A DNA stretch of 64,000 nucleotides from Candidatus Binatia bacterium (GCA_963666515.2 OY762897.2:4192001-4256000); one strand, 5' to 3'; counted from the stretch's first letter, positions 8,831-19,209 are shown. Notes: a model not told the origin generated them from the letters alone. Made by a program: numbers and translations.

Positions 8831-9332
8831 GCCGCCTCTCGTCATCGAGCCCCTTGGCTCGCAGCACGACCGCGCGGCTTTCTCGTGCGGGGAACCCGCC
8901 CTCGACAACTATATTCGGCGGCAGGCATCCCAGGACGCGCGGCGGCGCGTGGCCCGGATATTCGTCGCGCTCGGCGACACGCCCGGACGCATCGCCGGAT
9001 ACTACACCCTGAGCGCGGCGAGTTTCGAGAAGGACGAGTTGCCGGCGGACTTGGCGAAGCGGTTGCCTCACTACCCGGTTCCTGCGGCCGTGCTCGGACG
9101 GCTGGCCATCGACCGCGCCCATCAGGGACGCGGGCTTGGCGAAACGTTGCTGCTCGACGCGATCCGCCGGGTCGTGCGCGCGAGCGCGACGATCGCCGTG
9201 TACGCCATTGTCGTAGACGCCAAGAACGACCGCGCCCGCGGGTTCTACGAGCGCTACGGTTTCAGGACCTTTGCCACGTTGCCTCGCCGCCTGTTCTTGC
9301 CGATCCAGACCTTCCAAGAACTCGATTTGTAG
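8823..9332 (+). CDS. GNAT acetyltransferase toxin (TacT/AtaT-like)
   Basis: HDRAAFSCGEPALDNY, GYYTLSA, PAAVLGRLAID, QGRGLG, VDAKNDRARGFYERYGF. Confidence 0.92.
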   Translation: MNEPPLVIEPLGSQHDRAAFSCGEPALDNYIRRQASQDARRRVARIFVALGDTPGRIAGYYTLSAASFEKDELPADLAKRLPHYPVPAAVLGRLAIDRAHQGRGLGETLLLDAIRRVVRASATIAVYAIVVDAKNDRARGFYERYGFRTFATLPRRLFLPIQTFQELDL

Positions 9333-9404
9333 CCAAGTGATTTGCCGACTCGAAACGCGTCACCGCGGGTCTCACCCGAAACCCTGACGCCGCTTCCCTG
9401 TGCC

Positions 9405-9422
9405 TGATATACTGCAACCATG
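9405..9422 (+). promoter_or_regulatory. Extended -10 promoter (TGnTATACT) 6 nt before ATG; likely leaderless mRNA
   Basis: TGATATACT at 9405-9413, ATG at 9420, no SD. Confidence 0.5.
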
Positions 9423-10997
9423 CGATTCTTCAACACCACCGGTCCCGTTGTTCCGACGGACCACTATTGCCTCCCGCCCCTGGAGCGGCTGGACTTCAAC
9501 GAAGTCCGAACGCTCATTCACGACAAACGCTACTTCGTCCTGCACGCCCCGCGCCAAACGGGCAAGACTTCCGCGCTCCTGGCGCTGCGCGACCTGCTGA
9601 ACAGCGGCGCCGAGGGCGACTACCGCTGTGTGTACATCAACGTCGAGGTCGGGCAGGCGGCGCGGGAAGACGTGCCGCGGGCGATGCGGGCGATTCTCAA
9701 CGATCTGGCCCTGCAAGCCCGTTTTGCGCTCCGGGACGAATTCGTCGCCGACATCCGTCTCGGCGTCCTTCAAGAAGCCGGTCCCTACGACGCCTTCAAG
9801 GAGGTCCTGAGCCGCTGGGCACAGGCCGACCCGAGACCCTTGGTCCTGCTCATCGACGAGATCGACGCCCTCGTGGGCGACACGCTGCTGTCGGTGCTGC
9901 GGCAGTTGCGGGCGGGCTACGTCCTGCGCCCGGAAGGCTTTCCACAGAGCGTTGTCCTGTGCGGAGTGCGCGACGTGCGTGACTACCGCATCCACTCAGG
10001 TTCGGAGAAAGCGATCATCGCCGGCGGCAGCGCCTTCAACGTCAAGGCCGAATCGCTGCGGCTCGGCGATTTCTCGCAGGACGAGGTGCAGGCGCTGCTC
10101 GCGCAGCACACGGAGGAGACGGGGCAGGCGTTCACCGGGGACGCGCTGCAACGGGTCTGGACGCAGTCGCAGGGGCAGCCGTGGCTCGTCAACGCCCTCG
10201 CCGCCCAGGCATGCTTCCGCAATCCGAGTGGACGTGACCGCAGCCGGCCGATTACGGCGGACGACATCGACGAGGCGCAGGAGCAACTCATCGCGCGCCG
10301 CGAGACGCACCTGGACCAGTTGGCGGACAAGCTGCAAGAGGACCGGGTGCGGCGCGTGGTCGAGCCGCTGCTGAGCGGCGGGGACGAGCGGGAGTTCACG
10401 GCGCGTGACATCGAGTACGTGCGCGACTTGGGGCTGGTGGCGCTTGACAGCCCCCTGCGCATCGCCAACCCGATATACGCCGAGGTGGTGCCGCGCGAGC
10501 TGACGGTCGCGGCGCAGGAAGGGCTGGTGCAGGACGCTGCCTGGTACGTCGATGCCGACGGCGGGCTCGACGTGGTGGCGCTGCTGACCGCGTTTCAGGC
10601 GTTCTTCCGGGAGCACTCGGAGCACTGGGTCCGGCGTTTCGACTACCAGGAAGCGGGGCCGCAACTCCTCCTGCAGGCGTTTCTGCAGCGCATCGTCAAC
10701 GGCGGCGGCCGCATCGAGCGGGAATACGGGCTGGGCCGAGGACGCACCGATCTGCTCATCATCTGGCCGCAGGACGGGCAGACGCGGAAGTTCGTGGTCG
10801 AGTGCAAAATTCTGCGCAAGAGCCTGGCGCGTACGGTGAGCGAGGGCATGCAGCAAACCGCGGCGTACATGGATCGCTGCGGCGCGGAAACCGGCCATCT
10901 CGTCATCTTCGACCGCGGCGACGGACGGTGGGAGGACAAAGTGTTCTGCCGGCGCGAATCCTTCGGCGAGACCGAGATGTACGTGTGGGGGATGTGA
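9420..10997 (+). CDS. P-loop ATPase with C-terminal PD-(D/E)XK nuclease-like domain
   Basis: MRFFNTTGP start, Walker A APRQTGKTS, Walker B LLIDEID, GQPWLVNAL, REYGLGRGRTDL...VVECK...QTAAY. Confidence 0.85.
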   Translation: MRFFNTTGPVVPTDHYCLPPLERLDFNEVRTLIHDKRYFVLHAPRQTGKTSALLALRDLLNSGAEGDYRCVYINVEVGQAAREDVPRAMRAILNDLALQARFALRDEFVADIRLGVLQEAGPYDAFKEVLSRWAQADPRPLVLLIDEIDALVGDTLLSVLRQLRAGYVLRPEGFPQSVVLCGVRDVRDYRIHSGSEKAIIAGGSAFNVKAESLRLGDFSQDEVQALLAQHTEETGQAFTGDALQRVWTQSQGQPWLVNALAAQACFRNPSGRDRSRPITADDIDEAQEQLIARRETHLDQLADKLQEDRVRRVVEPLLSGGDEREFTARDIEYVRDLGLVALDSPLRIANPIYAEVVPRELTVAAQEGLVQDAAWYVDADGGLDVVALLTAFQAFFREHSEHWVRRFDYQEAGPQLLLQAFLQRIVNGGGRIEREYGLGRGRTDLLIIWPQDGQTRKFVVECKILRKSLARTVSEGMQQTAAYMDRCGAETGHLVIFDRGDGRWEDKVFCRRESFGETEMYVWGM

Positions 10998-11013
10998 GCA
11001 CCGACCGCCCGCC

Positions 11014-11192
11014 ATGAAGAGAACGGAATGTGACAATTGCGGGGAGGCAGGAGCCCGGGTCCGTCAGGTCTCGCGGAGCTATGGCTCCGGCAAGGACCTT
11101 CTCGTGATGAAGGGATTCCCTTGATCTCTTGCTCGGTTTGCGGTGAAAGCTATCTTACTGCCGATACGCTCCACGAAATCGAACGTATCAGG
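11014..11192 (+). pseudogene. Frameshifted, truncated YgiT/MqsA-type zinc-finger gene
   Basis: MKRTECDNCGEAGARVRQVSRSYGSGKDLLV, then a frameshift near 11108 to EGIPLISCSVCGESYLTADTLHEIERIR; two CxxC pairs. Confidence 0.75.
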
Positions 11193-12306
11193 GTATGTAC
11201 TTCTCGTCCTGCAAGAATAGCTCGCTTGGAATCTCGGTCCCCAATCCCTTCTCCCGGCAGCGACTGTAGATGAGGTGGGCGACGGCGGTAAACTGCACGC
11301 CGTCTCCGCGCAGGACGAGTCCCGTGATCTGGCTGTCGGAGGTGCGGCCGGGGTGGTTGCCGGCGATGATGTCGCCCAGGAGCGGCAGCTTGTCCCACTC
11401 GATGGAGGTCGACCGGGTGTACTGGTCCTTTCCGTGCTCGGGGATGGCTTCGGCGCCGCCGATGGCGTAGCGCATCCAGCGCCTGCCGTGGCGGTTCATG
11501 GTGAGCACGTCGCAGCGTTCCCATCCCGCGATCTCCAGCTCGACGTCCGAGACGTTGCTGACGAATTGGCCGGACTCCAGCCAGTCGGCCATTACCACCG
11601 GGTCCTTGGAGTTGGTGGCCATGTAGACGATGTCGGCGCCGCGGACCGCCTCGCGGGCGGAAGGAGCCGGCACGATTTCGATTCCGGCCTCCCTGGACAT
11701 CTGCTCCGCGAACCTCTCCTTGTTGCCGGGAGTCGGGCTGTACACCTCGATCCTTTCCAGGTTGCCGAGGGCGGCAAAACAGTGCGCGGCGCCTTGCGCC
11801 TGCCAACCCGTGCCGATGAGCGCCATGGTGCGCGAGTCTCTTCGGGCCAGATGCTTCGCGCCCACCGCGCCGGTGCCCGCCACCCGGAACTTCTGGAGAT
11901 AGCCGTCGTGGATGATGGCCAGCAACTCGCCGGTGCGGGAGCTGTAGACGAAGATCAGGCCGCAGAATCGGCCGTCCTTGCGGCCCGGCACACGCCGCTG
12001 GAGCGTTCTTCCGTCCTGCTCGAAATAAGTGATGATGTCGGAATCGATGCGGTCCGTCGTGACCTCCAGCTTGGCGATTGCGCCGCTCAATGAGGTGAAC
12101 GAATGGTGGGTCGGATCGCCTCCTCCTTCGGGGAACCGGGGATGATCGCGGTAGTCGTCTGGGTCCCTCGGGGTGAAGACCCGGTACGGCGGCGCATTGA
12201 CCGCGCCGCCGGTGGCCAGCTCCAGCGCCGCCAGCTCCAGTGCGTCGTTGACCTCCGACGGGTCGAGAACCTCCTCCACGGTCGGATTGTCGATGATGAG
12301 CGTCAT
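11188..12306 (-). CDS. Ornithine cyclodeaminase/mu-crystallin family protein
   Basis: TGELLAII, RVAGTGAVGAKHLAR, Rossmann LIGTGWQA, ADIVYMATNS, GRTSDSQIT. Confidence 0.88.
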   Translation of the reverse strand: MTLIIDNPTVEEVLDPSEVNDALELAALELATGGAVNAPPYRVFTPRDPDDYRDHPRFPEGGGDPTHHSFTSLSGAIAKLEVTTDRIDSDIITYFEQDGRTLQRRVPGRKDGRFCGLIFVYSSRTGELLAIIHDGYLQKFRVAGTGAVGAKHLARRDSRTMALIGTGWQAQGAAHCFAALGNLERIEVYSPTPGNKERFAEQMSREAGIEIVPAPSAREAVRGADIVYMATNSKDPVVMADWLESGQFVSNVSDVELEIAGWERCDVLTMNRHGRRWMRYAIGGAEAIPEHGKDQYTRSTSIEWDKLPLLGDIIAGNHPGRTSDSQITGLVLRGDGVQFTAVAHLIYSRCREKGLGTEIPSELFLQDEKYIP

Positions 12307-12336
12307 GCAACCTCCTTGGCGTTTCGCGGGCCGCCG

Positions 12337-13641
12337 TCAGTCGCGCCGCCCCACCCCTCGGGTCCAGGGTCCGATGAGCAGGGCGTTGGTGATTCCGGCG
12401 GCCCCCACCAGGCCCAGGAGCAGCCACGGCACATAGGCGTGGGTGTGGAAGTGGTCGACGAGGGCGCCGGCCGCATACGGGCCGACGACGCCTCCCCACA
12501 TGTAGAAGAAGCTCATGCTGCCGCGGATGGTGCCGAAGCGGCGCCGCCCGAAGTAGTCTCCCACCGCGGCCCAGATGACCGGTATCGATGAGTCCAGCAC
12601 GCTGAACAGCGTGGCGAACAGCAGCAGCCCCCAGAGCGTGGTGCTCCACATCAGGACCAGGACCGCGATGAAGGAAAGCACCATGCACCAGGCTACCAGG
12701 CGGACCTTGTTGGTCTGATCGGCGATCCATCCCATGATGAAGTGCGCGACGATGTTCATGCCGTTGAACCACGACAGCGGAAGCGCCGCGGCGAGAGGCG
12801 TCAGGCCTTTCCACTCCATCAAGGGCACGAAATGCACGATGACGGTGGTGTAGGCGGCGGTCCGGGTGGTCATCCACAGGATGAAGAGCCAGAAGACCGG
12901 GGTGCGCATGGCGCGGCCGGCGTCGTAGTCGGACTCGCCGCGGGTTTCCGTCCCGTCATGCTCCGACCCGTCCTCTCGCTCCCCGGGCGCCGGCGCGGAA
13001 GACGACGCGGTCTCCGAGGATATCTGCAGGCCCATGCTCTCGGGCGACCGGCGAATCCTCAGGGCCAGGGGCGCGGCCACGAACAGGAACACGCATCCCG
13101 CGGTGAACGCGGCCGCTCGCCAGCCCCAGAAGTGGACGGCCACCGCCAGCAGGACCGTGACCACGGTTCCGCCCACGGGCATGGCGGCGCTCAGGCAGGT
13201 CAACGCCCGCGCCCGATAGCGCCGGAACCAGTTGACGGCCAACACCGCGGGAGCGTGCACGAAACCCGCGGTGAAGGTCAGGGAGATGACCCCGACGTAG
13301 ATGATGAGGAAGCTCGCGTAGCTGTCGATGAAGGAAAAGAGGACGTAGCCGACGCCGCACATCAGCGCCGCGGTCAGTATCACGGGTTTGGGGCCGAAGC
13401 GGTCGATGAGGTAGCCCGCCAGCGGGCCCTCGATGGCGCCCTCGGCCCGGGCCAGGGAGAAGGCCAGCGAAGTAGCCGCGTGGGTGATGCCCAGCTCTTT
13501 CTGGATGGGAAGGAAGTAGACCGTGAAGCCGAAGCTGTGGAGGCCGCCGCCGATGGTCCGGACGAGGGCCGTCAGACCGATCATCCGCCAGCCGTAGTAG
13601 AGGTCCGACAGCCGGCGGCGGAGACCCTTGATCGATAGCAA
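12337..13641 (-). CDS. MFS transporter (MCT/OFA-like)
   Basis: About 12 hydrophobic segments; GYLIDRFGPK, NWFRRYRARA, GDYFGRRRFGTIRG. Confidence 0.88.
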   Translation of the reverse strand: MLSIKGLRRRLSDLYYGWRMIGLTALVRTIGGGLHSFGFTVYFLPIQKELGITHAATSLAFSLARAEGAIEGPLAGYLIDRFGPKPVILTAALMCGVGYVLFSFIDSYASFLIIYVGVISLTFTAGFVHAPAVLAVNWFRRYRARALTCLSAAMPVGGTVVTVLLAVAVHFWGWRAAAFTAGCVFLFVAAPLALRIRRSPESMGLQISSETASSSAPAPGEREDGSEHDGTETRGESDYDAGRAMRTPVFWLFILWMTTRTAAYTTVIVHFVPLMEWKGLTPLAAALPLSWFNGMNIVAHFIMGWIADQTNKVRLVAWCMVLSFIAVLVLMWSTTLWGLLLFATLFSVLDSSIPVIWAAVGDYFGRRRFGTIRGSMSFFYMWGGVVGPYAAGALVDHFHTHAYVPWLLLGLVGAAGITNALLIGPWTRGVGRRD

Positions 13642-13721
13642 GCGGATTCACCCGCCGGGCGGCCCGCTGCTTGACGTTCGGTTCATCGTCAAGCGCAGCA
13701 GGCCGCCCGTTCGGAGTTGCG

Positions 13722-16007
13722 TTACTTCCCGGCTTCCCGGAGCGCCCGCAGCACGTTCTCGGGGCTCAGCGGGAGCCTGCGCACGCGCACGCCGGTGGCG
13801 TTGTAGATGGCGTTGGCGATGCAGGCCATGGGCGGCACCGAGCCGATCTCGCCCGCGCCCTTGGTGCCGTAGGGTCCGGCGCCGGGATAGCCCGACACCG
13901 TGATGGCCTCGATGCGCGGCAGCATGTTGATGGTCGGCATCAGGTAGTCCACGAAGGTCGGGTTGAGCGTCCGCCCGTCGCTGTCGTGCACCACCTGCTC
14001 GCACAGGGCCTGGCCCAGGCTCATGGCCGCGGCGCCCTCGATCTGGCCTTCCACCGCCTTGGGGTGCACCACGAAGCCCACGTCGTGCACGGCCACGTAC
14101 TTCAGCACCTTGACGTTGCCGGTGTCGGTGTCCACTTCCACCATGGCCGCGTGGGTGGTGAAGGGCTGGGAGCTGCCGGTCTCCCGCTCGTGGGCCTGGG
14201 ACGCCTTGGAGTCGAAGTAGCCCCGGCCGATGACGTCGCCGATCTCGTTGTGCCCGGCGTTGCAGACCGACGCCAGCGACACCGACCGTGACGGCGCGCC
14301 CTTGACCTGGATCTGCCTGTCGACGATCTCCAGGTCCTCCGGGCTCGCTTCGAGCTGTCCCGCGGCCATGCGCAGGATCTGGTCGCGGGCGTCCTCGGCC
14401 GCCAGCTTGACGGCGTTGCCCGACACCAGCATCGAGCGGCTGCCCACCGTGCCCGCGTCCCACGGGCTCGCGTCCGTGTCCACGTTGAGCACGGTGACGT
14501 CGTCGGTGGGGATGCCCAGCACCTCGGCCACGATCATGGGGATGCCGAACCGCGCCGCGGTGCCGTAGTCCACCTTGCCGATGTGCACCGTGGCGGAGCC
14601 GTCCTCGTTCATCTTCACCACCGCGCCGCCGCCGGGACCCGAGCCCTCGATCCAGGCGCCGGTGGCGAAGCCGATGCCCTGGTTCTTTTCGAGCTTGACC
14701 TTGCCCCAGCCGATCTTCTCCTTGGCGAGGTTCAGGGTCTCGGCCAGCGAGCTGTCGCGCAACTTGGGCACGCCGACGATGCTGTCGCCCTTCTCCGGCA
14801 CGTTCTTCAACCGGAACTCGATGGGGTCCATGCCCAGCTCGGCGGCGATGGAGTCCATGTGGGATTCCATGGCGAAGGTGGCCTGGGGGCCGCCGGGTCC
14901 GCGCACCGGACCGCACACCTGCTTGTTGGTGTAGACCGTGAAGCCGTCCATGTGGATGTTGGGCAGACGGTACCAGCCGCCCACCATCTGGGTGCATCGG
15001 CCGCCGGCCTGGTTGCCGAAGCCCGAGTAGCCGCCGGCGTCGTACACCACCTTGCCCTGGCGCGCCACCAGGGTGCCGTCCTTCTTGACGCCGCTCTTGA
15101 TCCAGATCTTGCAGCCGGAGCGGATGGTGGTGGAGATGGTCTCCTCGGCCTTGTCCATGACGATCATCACCGGCTGTTTGGCGGTGAGCGCCAGCAGCGC
15201 GCATATGGGCTCCAGCGCGGCGCTGGAGGTGACCCCACTGCCCTTGCCTCCGAAACCGCCGCCGATGTCGGTGGAGATGACCCGCACGCTGTTGAGCGGC
15301 AGACCGGTCAAGGCGGCGACCTCGGTGCGCACCGGGAACGGCGCCTGGGCGTTGGCCCACACGGTGATGCGGCCGTCCTCCTCGGGCCGGGCCGCGGCGA
15401 TGCGCGGCTCCAGGTACTGGGGATGGATCATCCTGGTCTCGTAGACCTCGTCCACCACTACGTCAGCTTCCGCCATGCCCGCCTCGGCGTCGCCGATGTT
15501 CACCCCGGTGTAGCCGCAGACGTTCTTGACCTGGAGGCCTTCCGGCAGGTTCTTGGGCAGCGGCATGTCCTCGTGGAGGGTGGGCGCCGACTCCTTCATG
15601 GTCTCTTCGGGATCCACCACCACCGGCAGCGGCTCGTAGGTCACCTTGATCTTCTTCAAGGCCTCCTTGACCAGCGCCTGGCTGTCCGCCGCCACCGCCG
15701 CCACCGGGTCGCCCATGTAGCGGACCTTGTCCTTGGCGAGGATGTAGCGGTCGATGTACGAGCGGCCGTAGCGCTTGTCCGGCGCGTCCGCCGCGGTCAC
15801 CACCGCGCGCACGCCGGAGATGGCCTTGGCCTCGCTGGTGTCGATGCCGACGATCTTCGCGTGGGCGTACTCGCTCCGCAGCACGCCGCCGCTGAGCGCA
15901 TCGGGCAGGTTCAGGTCGATGCCGTAGATTCCCTTGCCCACCACCCGCTCGACCCCGCCCATGCGGGGCATGTCGGTTCCCAGGACCGTGTATTCAGCCT
16001 TTGCCAT
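13722..16007 (-). CDS. Xanthine dehydrogenase family molybdopterin-binding subunit
   Basis: GGGFGGK, VRGPGGPQ, TVGSRS, EGQIEG, GPYGTKGAGE motifs. Confidence 0.93.
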   Translation of the reverse strand: MAKAEYTVLGTDMPRMGGVERVVGKGIYGIDLNLPDALSGGVLRSEYAHAKIVGIDTSEAKAISGVRAVVTAADAPDKRYGRSYIDRYILAKDKVRYMGDPVAAVAADSQALVKEALKKIKVTYEPLPVVVDPEETMKESAPTLHEDMPLPKNLPEGLQVKNVCGYTGVNIGDAEAGMAEADVVVDEVYETRMIHPQYLEPRIAAARPEEDGRITVWANAQAPFPVRTEVAALTGLPLNSVRVISTDIGGGFGGKGSGVTSSAALEPICALLALTAKQPVMIVMDKAEETISTTIRSGCKIWIKSGVKKDGTLVARQGKVVYDAGGYSGFGNQAGGRCTQMVGGWYRLPNIHMDGFTVYTNKQVCGPVRGPGGPQATFAMESHMDSIAAELGMDPIEFRLKNVPEKGDSIVGVPKLRDSSLAETLNLAKEKIGWGKVKLEKNQGIGFATGAWIEGSGPGGGAVVKMNEDGSATVHIGKVDYGTAARFGIPMIVAEVLGIPTDDVTVLNVDTDASPWDAGTVGSRSMLVSGNAVKLAAEDARDQILRMAAGQLEASPEDLEIVDRQIQVKGAPSRSVSLASVCNAGHNEIGDVIGRGYFDSKASQAHERETGSSQPFTTHAAMVEVDTDTGNVKVLKYVAVHDVGFVVHPKAVEGQIEGAAAMSLGQALCEQVVHDSDGRTLNPTFVDYLMPTINMLPRIEAITVSGYPGAGPYGTKGAGEIGSVPPMACIANAIYNATGVRVRRLPLSPENVLRALREAGK

Positions 16008-16031
16008 GGGTCCTAACTCCTTCCAGTCCGT

Positions 16032-16499
16032 TTACGACATCTGCTTCGCCGCCAGTTCCACCGCATCGAAGATCTTGGTGTAGCCCGTGCACCGGCAGAT
16101 GTTGCCGGAGATGGCCTCCTCCACCTCCTCGGCCGTGGGGGTCTTGGTGCGGTCCAGCAACGCCTTGAGGGAGACGATGAAGCCCGGCGTGCAGTAGCCG
16201 CACTGCACCGCGCCGGTGTCGATGAAGGCCTGCTGCACCGGGTGCAGCTCGTCGCCGTCGGCGATGCCCTCCACCGTGACCAGGTCGGCGCCCGCCGCGT
16301 CCATTCCCAGCACCACGCAGGAGTTCACCGGCTTGCCGTCCATGATGATGGTGCAGGCGCCGCACTCCCCCGTGTTGCAGCAGAGCTTGACGCCCTTGTA
16401 GCCCAGCGTGTCGCGCAGGAAGTCCACCAGCGCGGTGGACGGCTCCAGCTCGGCCGTGTGGGTGTTTCCGTTTACCGTCAGTGTGATCTCCAGGCCCAT
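16032..16499 (-). CDS. Xanthine dehydrogenase family 2Fe-2S subunit
   Basis: CNTGECGAC..NSC and QCGYCTPG...NICRCTGY; start MGLEITL at 16499. Confidence 0.93.
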   Translation of the reverse strand: MGLEITLTVNGNTHTAELEPSTALVDFLRDTLGYKGVKLCCNTGECGACTIIMDGKPVNSCVVLGMDAAGADLVTVEGIADGDELHPVQQAFIDTGAVQCGYCTPGFIVSLKALLDRTKTPTAEEVEEAISGNICRCTGYTKIFDAVELAAKQMS

Positions 16500-17368
16500 C
16501 AGGCCACCTCCTTGCCGGTAAGCGCTTGCCAGCATTGTGCCAGCCCGCGCCGTGTCAGGGCGTCCACGATCCAGCCGCGGTACTCGCCGCTGCTCCGCTG
16601 GTCGGTAATGGGGCTCGACTCGGAAGCCGCGCTCGCGCCGGCTTCCTTCACCAAGGCGGCGTCCAGCGCCTTGCCCGAAACCAGCGCCTCGGTCTTGGGC
16701 GCGCGGATGGGCGTGGGCGCCACCGCACCCAGGCCGATGCGCACGTCGTCCAGCGCGCTCTTGTCCGCGTTGGCCGTGGCCATCACCGCCACCCCCACCA
16801 TGGCGATGTCCATAGGGCCGCGCACCGCGTGCTTGAGGTACACGGCATGGCTGCCGTCGGCGGGGAAGGGCACCGAGATGCCGGTCAGCAGGCCCTTGGA
16901 GCCGAGGCTGGTCTGGCCGGGTCCCTTGAAGAACGCGCTGAAGGGCTCGGTGCGGGCGCCGTCGGAGAAGGTCACCTCGGCCTCGGCCTCCAGCACCAGC
17001 AGCGGCGCCAAGGTCTCGCCGGAAGGAGAGGCCCGGCAGATGTTGCCGCCGATGGTGGCGGTGTTGCGGATCTGCAGCGAGGCGAATTGGTACGCCGCCG
17101 ACCAAAGGAGCGGCAGCCGCTCGCGCACGAGGTCGCTCTCCTCCAGCTCGTGGATGGTGGCCAGCGGCCCGATGTGGACGCCGCCGTTCTGCTCGCGGAT
17201 GGCGTTCAGGTCCGGGATGCGCTTGATGTTCACCAGGCACCCCGGCTCGTCCTGGTACTTGATGTCCACCATCACGTCCGTGCCGCCGGCGATGACCTCC
17301 GCCTGCTCGCCGTGCTGGTCCAGCAGCGCCAGCGCCTCGCTCACGGTCTTGGGTTCGAAGTAGTCCAT
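16499..17368 (-). CDS. Xanthine dehydrogenase family FAD-binding subunit
   Basis: IAGGTDV, QIRNTATIGGNICRASPSG, RIGLGAVAPTPIRA. Confidence 0.93.
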   Translation of the reverse strand: MDYFEPKTVSEALALLDQHGEQAEVIAGGTDVMVDIKYQDEPGCLVNIKRIPDLNAIREQNGGVHIGPLATIHELEESDLVRERLPLLWSAAYQFASLQIRNTATIGGNICRASPSGETLAPLLVLEAEAEVTFSDGARTEPFSAFFKGPGQTSLGSKGLLTGISVPFPADGSHAVYLKHAVRGPMDIAMVGVAVMATANADKSALDDVRIGLGAVAPTPIRAPKTEALVSGKALDAALVKEAGASAASESSPITDQRSSGEYRGWIVDALTRRGLAQCWQALTGKEVA

Positions 17369-17756
17369 GGATTCCTGCTCCCGGCTGTGGTGTTCCGATG
17401 CCTTGCGCCCGTGTGTCTGTGGGTTCTCTTAGCTCAGTCACGACACACAAGGCAAGACGCGGGGGATTGGCTCACGATACGCCCGGTTGCGCGTGCTGGC
17501 GCCGGCGCTGGCGGCCAATGAACGGACGGGACACCAAGTCCTCGCGCGGAACGTGCAACGGCGGCAAAATTGCGTCTTGATCCCTGTCATATACACACCA
17601 TAGCGTGGTTAATTTTGACAGGAACGCCGCTTCGGCCATCCACACTCCGCTTAGGCTTTCCCGCAACCCGCGCACGGTGTTATGGTGCGGCGGAAAAGCG
17701 TCCTGGAGACGATGCCTTGCGACGGGCCCATTGGAAGGAGTGAGGGAGGAACGGAC

Positions 17757-18770
17757 ATGGCGAAGGACAGCACCGAGTATCGCGAGCACTGGGGGAGGGA
17801 AGGGTTCGCGGGGACGGGGGTGAACGTCATGCGGACACACCACAGCCCCGACTTCCTTTCGGTGACGGGGCCGCACGTGCCGCACCGGTTGAACGTCGGC
17901 GCGGTGGCCTTGCCGGATAGGGAGGATGCGGAAGCGTTGCCGGTCGCAATCGAGTCGGGGCGCACGGGCGTCCGGCTCAGCGTGTCCGGACGCGCCCACC
18001 CCATGCCCTTCGTGGTGTCCAACGTGGAGGCCGACGAGGTGCACTTCGTGCAGGAAGGGGAGTTGGAGTTCCGCACCGCCTACGGCACGGTCACCGGCGA
18101 GCCGGGCGACTTCGTGGTGATTCCGCGGGGCGTTCCCTATCGCGTCCTGCCGCTTACGGGGCCGAGCCTGTCGGTGATCGTCGAGACCCCCGGCGCGCTC
18201 CGTTTCGACCCCTCGCCGTCCTTCGGCGCCGGGCTCCGGCGCGCGGTGCTCGCCGACGACGAAGCCCGGGACGTGGAGACGGTGTGGCTGCTCAAGTGCT
18301 TCGACGGCGTCACCCGCTACGTCAAGCCCACGAACCCGCTGGCCACCCAGTCCTTCGCCGACGGCCCCAGCCCGGTGTGGAAGCTGAACCTCAGGGACAT
18401 TCCCGTCGATCCCAACGGTCCGCCCGTCCAGTTCATCGCCTCGCCCGGCCGGGATGAGCTGTTCTACAACCTGAGCGCACGCAACCGGCGCCGCCCGCCC
18501 ATCCACAACAACGTCGACTACGACGAGCTGATCTTCTACTTCGAGGGTCCCGGTGCCTGGGGCGGCGTGGACGAGCCCGGCATGTTGACCTGCGTGCCCA
18601 AGGGCGTGATCCACCACGGCCCGTCCGAGGACGTGCCCGAAGGGTACTACGCCTGGATGCTGGAGTCGCGCTGCACCCTGCGCCTCACCGACGCCGGCGC
18701 CGCGTCCGCGGAGCTCATGGAGACCGATCTGTACGGTCGGCATGTAGATAGGAGACAAGATTCCCGCTGA
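17757..18770 (+). CDS. Homogentisate 1,2-dioxygenase-like cupin protein
   Basis: NVEADEVHFVQEG..T.YG..PGDFVVIPRGV, HNNVDYDELIFY, HHGP; GGAGG SD before ATG 17757. Confidence 0.75.
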   Translation: MAKDSTEYREHWGREGFAGTGVNVMRTHHSPDFLSVTGPHVPHRLNVGAVALPDREDAEALPVAIESGRTGVRLSVSGRAHPMPFVVSNVEADEVHFVQEGELEFRTAYGTVTGEPGDFVVIPRGVPYRVLPLTGPSLSVIVETPGALRFDPSPSFGAGLRRAVLADDEARDVETVWLLKCFDGVTRYVKPTNPLATQSFADGPSPVWKLNLRDIPVDPNGPPVQFIASPGRDELFYNLSARNRRRPPIHNNVDYDELIFYFEGPGAWGGVDEPGMLTCVPKGVIHHGPSEDVPEGYYAWMLESRCTLRLTDAGAASAELMETDLYGRHVDRRQDSR

Positions 18771-18807
18771 CTCGGTTCCTGGAAGGGGAATTATCAGGAG
18801 GACTTTC

Positions 18808-19209
18808 ATGTTGCGTCCGGCCGTATTTCTTGTAGCGTACTTGCTGGTCTTCGCACCTGCTTATGGACATGAGCCGTCTAGCCCCGGAGAAATGCTCAGC
18901 CCACAAGAGGCCCAAAGCGAATTCACGAAGATGGCGACTGTGAAGGCATTGCAAGCCGTGCAAACTACGCTCCTAGTATTTTTCGCCGCTACGAATGGGA
19001 TCGCATTGGGAGACGCCGTGATATCCTTAGCTCGGGAGAAATACCATGAGTCATTCCGAGAACTGCGGGAAAAGGAACTTCGCAAAGCTCGAACGTCACT
19101 CGACAGAGCCCGTGTCGTCGAAATCTATAGGATTCTCCAAACTGCCGGTGACGATTACTTCAACGCCTTGCAAGCCAGTATTGATGCGGGGAGGGGGCTA
19201 GTTCGGTGA
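18808..19209 (+). CDS. Hypothetical protein with predicted signal peptide (lower GC)
   Basis: SD AGGAGG, hydrophobic N-terminus ending APAYG; no recognised motif. Confidence 0.55.
   Translation: MLRPAVFLVAYLLVFAPAYGHEPSSPGEMLSPQEAQSEFTKMATVKALQAVQTTLLVFFAATNGIALGDAVISLAREKYHESFRELREKELRKARTSLDRARVVEIYRILQTAGDDYFNALQASIDAGRGLVR

Noticed and set aside
13722-17368. Aerobic CO dehydrogenase (coxMSL)
   Set aside because: The active-site loop is PVRGPGG, not AYxCSFR; no accessory cox genes
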